DNA of 64,000 nucleotides, from assembly GCA_963663765.2 (NCBI GenBank), contig CAXXUA010000011.1:32001-96000 (forward strand), in the 5' to 3' direction. This DNA is from Candidatus Poribacteria bacterium. Its GTDB lineage: Bacteria; Poribacteria; WGA-4E; WGA-3G. Each line of letters opens with the position of its first letter. The stretch's first letter is position 1. The notes beneath the pieces were generated by a model. That model ran no database searches. It saw nothing but the letters and a program-made list of their open reading frames with translations, and was not told where the DNA came from. Below, piece after piece: positions 58,920 to 64,000 of this stretch. The translations under genes were made by a program, and so were the position numbers.

Positions 58920-60204
58920 AACGGATTTTCATTGCTTCCGCATGTCCTTCTAAACCTTCCACCTCAGCGAGTTTGACGACATGAGGTGTAACTTTTTCTA
59001 AAGCCGACTTGGTATAAGAAATTAGACTTGTCTTTTTCAGGAAATCGTCAACACTTAGTGGTGAAGCATAACGAGCTGCGGTTCCTGTTGGTAGGATGTG
59101 GTTAGGCCCAGCGATATAGTCGCCAACTGCCTCTGGTGAATACGGACCTATAAAAATAGCTCCTGCGTTGCGAATTTCTCCAATCCATTCAAGTGGGTTT
59201 TCAATATGGAGTTCTACGTGTTCTGGTGCGATTTTGTTTGTAAACTCGACTGCTTCTTCTAAATCTTCAACTACAAATGCACCGCCGTAGTTTTCAAATG
59301 CTTTCACAAGTTCGTATTGCCTTGGGAGTGTCTGTGCTTGAAGTTCAATTGCCGCTTTGACCTGTTCAGCAAAACCGAGAGAAGTCGTAACAAGAATAGC
59401 AGAGCATTCTGGACTGTGTTCTGCTTGTGAAATTAAATCGGATCCGACAAAATCGGGGTCAGCAGTGCTGTCAGCAATTACAAGGATTTCACTTGGACCT
59501 GCTAATTTGTCAATGTCAACGTGTCCGTATACCTCTTTTTTAGCGAGTTGTACATACAAGTTTCCTGGACCGACTATTTTATCAACTGCAGGGATCGTCT
59601 CTGTCCCGTAAGCCAATGCTGCGACGGCTTGTGCACCACCACATTTATATATTTCATTGATTCCACATTCGGCAGCTGCAACCAACATGTGAGGATTTAT
59701 TCGTCTATTCCGCATAGGTGCCATACAAACAGCGATCTCTTCCACTCCAGCGACAGTCGCAGGAATTACACTCATGAGTAGAGAAGAAACTAAGAGTTGG
59801 CTTATGGACGGCACACAAGCACCAACACGTTTTAACGGACGAATTAGATGTCCTAACAGAACGCCATCCTCCTCAGTAGAGAACCACGAAGTACGCAGCT
59901 GTTTTTGATGAAATCTTTCTATGTTCTCCTTAGCATGAACAATAGCATCAACATACTCTGAGTCTACATCTGAGTAAGCCTGTTTGAATTCGTTTGGGCG
60001 CACCTGCAATCCTTTCGTAGAAAATCGCGGTGCATCCAGTTTTCGTGTATATCGAGCGACTGCCTTATTACCTTCATCTTGTACTTCAACGAGAGTACGA
60101 CGTACAGTTCTTAGGATATTTTCATCCATAAGTTTTCCGCGATGATTTAAATCGGCAATAAAGGAATCACATTCTGGAGTGTTTGTTTCAAATATACGTA
60201 ACAT
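58906..60204 (-). CDS. hisD: Histidinol dehydrogenase
   Basis: GGAQAVAALAYGTE, KIVGPGN, AGPSE, SQAEH, APEH, GDYIAGPNHILPT. Confidence 0.93.
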   Translation of the reverse strand: MLRIFETNTPECDSFIADLNHRGKLMDENILRTVRRTLVEVQDEGNKAVARYTRKLDAPRFSTKGLQVRPNEFKQAYSDVDSEYVDAIVHAKENIERFHQKQLRTSWFSTEEDGVLLGHLIRPLKRVGACVPSISQLLVSSLLMSVIPATVAGVEEIAVCMAPMRNRRINPHMLVAAAECGINEIYKCGGAQAVAALAYGTETIPAVDKIVGPGNLYVQLAKKEVYGHVDIDKLAGPSEILVIADSTADPDFVGSDLISQAEHSPECSAILVTTSLGFAEQVKAAIELQAQTLPRQYELVKAFENYGGAFVVEDLEEAVEFTNKIAPEHVELHIENPLEWIGEIRNAGAIFIGPYSPEAVGDYIAGPNHILPTGTAARYASPLSVDDFLKKTSLISYTKSALEKVTPHVVKLAEVEGLEGHAEAMKIRFEDD

Positions 60205-60239
60205 GTTCTGTTTCTATGGACTTTTTATAGTCACCCTTT

Positions 60240-60456
60240 CTACAGTGCATTTCATAAATGCAGTTTTTTCCAAATTCACCGGATCGTGTGTTTGGAAAAT
60301 CGGGGTTACAAACCCCTCCTACCATTTATGAGATAACTTGTAATATCTACAGTGCATTTCATAAATGCAGTTTTTTCCAAATTCACCGGATCGTGTGTTT
60401 GGAAAATCGGGGTTACAAACCCCTCCTACCATTTATGAGATAGTTTGTAATATCTA
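60240..60456. repeat. Direct tandem duplication of a 107-bp unit containing a REP
   Basis: Units at 60240 and 60347; contain AAATCGGGGTTACAAACCCCTCCTAC. Confidence 0.9.
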
Positions 60457-60505
60457 ACAAGATTATTGAATACGATCAATACGATAAAAAATTGGTTTAA
60501 TCGTT

Positions 60506-61768
60506 TTAATTAACCCTAACTATATCAGCACCGAGTGCATTGAGTTTTTTCTCAATTCCTTCGTACCCTCTATCAATATGATAGATTCGTGATACCGTAG
60601 TTTCTCCAGCAGCTGCTATTCCAGCGATAACAAGTACAGCACCAGCGCGCAGATCAGAAGCCATGACGGGTGCACCACTCAGTGAAGAAACGCCTGATAT
60701 AATTGCTTGTCGTCCTTCAAGTCTAATATCAGCTCCCATTCGGTTGAGTTCTGCCGCGTGTATGAAACGATCAGTATGGACGTTCTCTGTGATTGTACTT
60801 GTTCCTGAAGCAAGACTAAGCAAACCCATAAACTGTGCTTGCATATCCGTAGGAAATCCGGGGAAAGGAGCGGTATTGACATTAGTTGGTTTTAGTCCGT
60901 TAGGTGTAGTAACACGAACACCTTTATCATCCCAATCTAATTGCACACCTGCTGCTATTAATTTTTCTGTTACTGCAGTAACTTGTTTGGGTGTGATGCC
61001 ATCAACGTAGACATCACCGTTTGTGATTGCGCTTGCAACCATAAATGTCCCTGCTTCAATATCATCGGAAATAACGTTGTGTTCCGTGCCTCTTAGTTGT
61101 CTCACACCATCAATCTTCAAAGTAGGCGTCCCAATTCCTTCGATATTTGCTCCCATAGCATTGAGGAAATTTGCAAGGTCACAGATATGCGGTTCACAAG
61201 CAGCACCGTTTATTACCGTTTCTCCCTCGGCTAAAGTTGCTGCCATCATAACATTTGCGGTCGCACCAACGCTTGGTCCGTGGTGTCCAAGCAGGTCTAT
61301 TTCAGTACCTACCAAACGATCCGCTTGTGCGTAAATATACCCTCTTTTTACTTCAACTTGTGCTCCTAATTTTTCTAAACCGCGGATGTGTAAGTCAACC
61401 GGACGTGGTCCGATAGCACATCCACCGGGAAAAGATACCTTTGCGCGGCCGAGTTTTGCCACAAGGGGACCCAAGACATATATGGATGCACGCATCTGCC
61501 GAACCAAATCATAAGGTGCTTCAAACTCCATTCGGTTGATCGGTTCAATATAAAGAGAGCCATTCTTCCGCGTGATAGATGCCCCAAGTCCTTCAAGCAC
61601 TGCACTGAGTGTCTTTACGTCTGTTAGATTTGGAACGTTGTGGAGTACACTGATGTTATCCCCCAGAATCGCTGCAGCGACTGCGATCGGTAAAACAGCA
61701 TTCTTCGATCCGCTTATCTTAACCTTACCATTAAGTTTTGTTCCGCCATTGACGATGAATTTTTGCAT
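60506..61768 (-). CDS. murA: UDP-N-acetylglucosamine 1-carboxyvinyltransferase
   Basis: SGSKNAVLP, MRASIYVLGPL, PGGCAIGPRPVDLH, PGFPTDMQAQ, SDLRAGA, IDRGYE. Confidence 0.97.
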   Translation of the reverse strand: MQKFIVNGGTKLNGKVKISGSKNAVLPIAVAAAILGDNISVLHNVPNLTDVKTLSAVLEGLGASITRKNGSLYIEPINRMEFEAPYDLVRQMRASIYVLGPLVAKLGRAKVSFPGGCAIGPRPVDLHIRGLEKLGAQVEVKRGYIYAQADRLVGTEIDLLGHHGPSVGATANVMMAATLAEGETVINGAACEPHICDLANFLNAMGANIEGIGTPTLKIDGVRQLRGTEHNVISDDIEAGTFMVASAITNGDVYVDGITPKQVTAVTEKLIAAGVQLDWDDKGVRVTTPNGLKPTNVNTAPFPGFPTDMQAQFMGLLSLASGTSTITENVHTDRFIHAAELNRMGADIRLEGRQAIISGVSSLSGAPVMASDLRAGAVLVIAGIAAAGETTVSRIYHIDRGYEGIEKKLNALGADIVRVN

Positions 61769-62033
61769 TTTGTTTTCCTCATAATTCTCTGATCAATTTA
61801 TACAAGATTGATATGTTTATATTTTTATAGTATCTGTTTTCTTGCATAAACGATGCCAATATTATATCTGTTACAAATATAGTTGTCCAGTGAAAAATAC
61901 AATTAGAAGATTGTGTTAAATTAGACACATGAATTCTCTATGTCATAATTTGTAGTTGAAAATTCACTTGCAATGACTGCATCAATTTGTTAAACTTCAA
62001 TGTATGAATCAACTTCTATATATAAGATGAGGT

Positions 62034-63092
62034 ATGAAGATGGCAGAAAAAACATATCGTGTTGGAGTAATCGGTTGTGGTGGCATGGGACGAGCGCATG
62101 CGCGAAGTTGGAACAATAGCGGTCGCGCAAAGGTGGTCTCAGCATCAGATATTAGTGAAGAATCTGCATCAAGATTTGCTGATGAGTTATCTTTACCAAC
62201 ATACTATACCGATTTTGATAAAATGTGTGAAAAAGAGGATCTTGATATTGTCAGCATCACGACGTGGCAAAGTGTTCGTGCAGAACCGACAATTGCTGCG
62301 GCGGAAAATGGAGCTATTGGGGTAATCACCGAAAAACCGATGGCTGCCTCTGTTGGCGATGCACAGGATATGATGGATGTCTGTGATAAGAACGGAACGA
62401 AATTGGTTGTAGGACACCAAAGACGTTTCAGTGGACAAAACTGTGAAGCAAGACGACTAATTCAAGAAGGTGCAATCGGTCAACCGCAAACGATGTTACG
62501 CCGAGATGGACACGGTTTGTTAAATCGCGGCACACATGAGATTGACGAAATGCGTTTTATCCTCGGTGATCCCGACCCGCAATGGCTTATTGGTCAAGTA
62601 TCACGGAAAACTGATCGTTGGGAAAGACGTGTTAGAACTGAAGACAAGTGTATGGCGGAAATCTGCTTTGAAGGTGGTATCCGCGGTATCTATGAGAGTG
62701 ATTTACCCGGACCAGGCTTGCGCGGAGATGCTGTTTATGGTGATGATGGGATGCTGCGACGTGGTCCTGATGGTACAATTGAACTCTTGAATAGTAAATC
62801 CTCTGGTTGGCAGTCAATCAAACCGCGTCAAGGTGAACCGAATCAGTTCTCTGAGATGTTGCAATGGATTGAAGGTGATATTGACGAACACCGCAATGCT
62901 GGTAGGCACGGACTTTGTACTATTGAAATCCTAATGGCATTTTATGAATCAGTGCGTCTCCAGGATGTTGTTACTTTTCCGTTAAAAACGCGTCCGAACC
63001 CGCTTGATTTGTTGGTTGAAGGTGGAAAACTCCCTGTATTTGTTGAAGGACGATATGACATTCGTGCTCCATTCCCCGAACAGAAGAAATAA
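62034..63092 (+). CDS. Gfo/Idh/MocA family oxidoreductase (paralogue of 2821-3888)
   Basis: VGVIGCGGMG, DIVSITTWQ, EKPMA, GHQRRF, RKTDRWERR. Confidence 0.9.
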   Translation: MKMAEKTYRVGVIGCGGMGRAHARSWNNSGRAKVVSASDISEESASRFADELSLPTYYTDFDKMCEKEDLDIVSITTWQSVRAEPTIAAAENGAIGVITEKPMAASVGDAQDMMDVCDKNGTKLVVGHQRRFSGQNCEARRLIQEGAIGQPQTMLRRDGHGLLNRGTHEIDEMRFILGDPDPQWLIGQVSRKTDRWERRVRTEDKCMAEICFEGGIRGIYESDLPGPGLRGDAVYGDDGMLRRGPDGTIELLNSKSSGWQSIKPRQGEPNQFSEMLQWIEGDIDEHRNAGRHGLCTIEILMAFYESVRLQDVVTFPLKTRPNPLDLLVEGGKLPVFVEGRYDIRAPFPEQKK

Positions 63093-63155
63093 CGTATCAT
63101 TTCATTATCCTATCCAAACACTTATTTAGGGCGGTAATATCCGCCCTAAAACATA

Positions 63156-63998
63156 TTAACATTCAACATCTTTCCCATCACTTCCGTATACATCCATTCT
63201 TTCTTGTGTCGTGATGTCTGCTGCGCTTGCAGGTTTATAATGCAATTGTAGCGCCCGGCGACGTTGCGATGAATGATTGACAGGACTGCCGTGATGTAGC
63301 AATCCGTGCCAAAATAGACAACCTCCTGGTGGGAGCGTAACCATCGTATCGCGTGCAACGGGCACGTGTGTATCACATATTTGCCAATCTCTACGTTTGA
63401 AGTGAATCATCGGACCCTCGTTGTGAGACCCAGGAATGATATGCATACATCCATTCTCAGGTGTTGCTTCGTCCAATGCAATCCACACACCAACGATTGT
63501 CGTTTCCTTTTTGACATTGAAGTATGCACAGTCTTGGTGCCAAGGTTTCTCAGTGCCGTGGTGTGGAGGTTTGACCAACGCCATGTTTTGATATAAATGT
63601 GGTTTATCACTCATGATTTTTTCAAGGACTCCCAACATGCCAGAATGCGTAGCCATATATTTCAAACGTGGATCATATTCTATATAACCGTGTATTTTTC
63701 TTATCGCATCACGTCGCTCATCTGGATTCATTTCATCTTTGTATTTAACAAGTTTCGGTTCGAATTGAATACCTCGAAAATCTGGATTCTTCCCATCCAT
63801 CAGATATACCATGCCATCAATTGCATCCTGAATTTCCTTATTTGAGAACGCATCTTGTATAACAAGGTACCCGTTCTGATGAAAGTATTGGATTTCAGCA
63901 TTGGTTACTGCAGAGAAACCACCAGAGATGCTATCTGCGACCGTATCATATTGGTAAAGATATTCAGGGTACAGAATTGGTGTTTGTGATGGTGCCAT
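63156..63998 (-). CDS. Phytanoyl-CoA dioxygenase (PhyH) family protein
   Basis: KPWHQD, WIALDEAT.ENGCM..IPGSH, HHGS..N.S..RRRA; start is at the window edge and may extend. Confidence 0.9.
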   Translation of the reverse strand: MAPSQTPILYPEYLYQYDTVADSISGGFSAVTNAEIQYFHQNGYLVIQDAFSNKEIQDAIDGMVYLMDGKNPDFRGIQFEPKLVKYKDEMNPDERRDAIRKIHGYIEYDPRLKYMATHSGMLGVLEKIMSDKPHLYQNMALVKPPHHGTEKPWHQDCAYFNVKKETTIVGVWIALDEATPENGCMHIIPGSHNEGPMIHFKRRDWQICDTHVPVARDTMVTLPPGGCLFWHGLLHHGSPVNHSSQRRRALQLHYKPASAADITTQERMDVYGSDGKDVEC

Positions 63999-64000
63999 TT

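Overview
AT-rich bacterial window. Its gene content (expanded WD40 proteins, two PhyH dioxygenases, paired Gfo/Idh/MocA oxidoreductases, a DUF6785-like membrane protein) suggests Candidatus Poribacteria; this is an inference, not a database result. The flanks (1-13.5 kb and 49.8-64 kb) hold ordinary metabolic genes: DegT aminotransferase, aroQ, sugar oxidoreductases/isomerase, rfbA-like, GT2, class V aminotransferase, enolase-family enzyme, phosphoesterase, STAS protein, ECF-transporter ATPase, radical SAM, hisD and murA. The centre (13.9-49.4 kb) is a co-oriented array of 13 large WD40 beta-propeller genes. Seven are fused to ECF sigma factors (one frameshifted) and one keeps only a 21-aa sigma remnant. 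Two sigma clades combine with two WD40 subfamilies in all four ways. Each sigma clade has its own ECF-type promoter motif: GCAACC-N17-YGTCA (5 copies) or TAAACC-N17-YCTCT (3 copies). All four soluble fusions carry an in-frame SD+ATG at the sigma/WD40 junction, and paralogues share near-identical patches, which suggests a shuffled one-component sensor-sigma repertoire. Intergenic DNA is dense with GTAG-type REP hairpins, tandem repeats, MITEs with visible target-site duplications, and a ~45-bp hairpin micro-element that inserts into other repeats. No rRNA, tRNA, CRISPR array or transposase was recognised.
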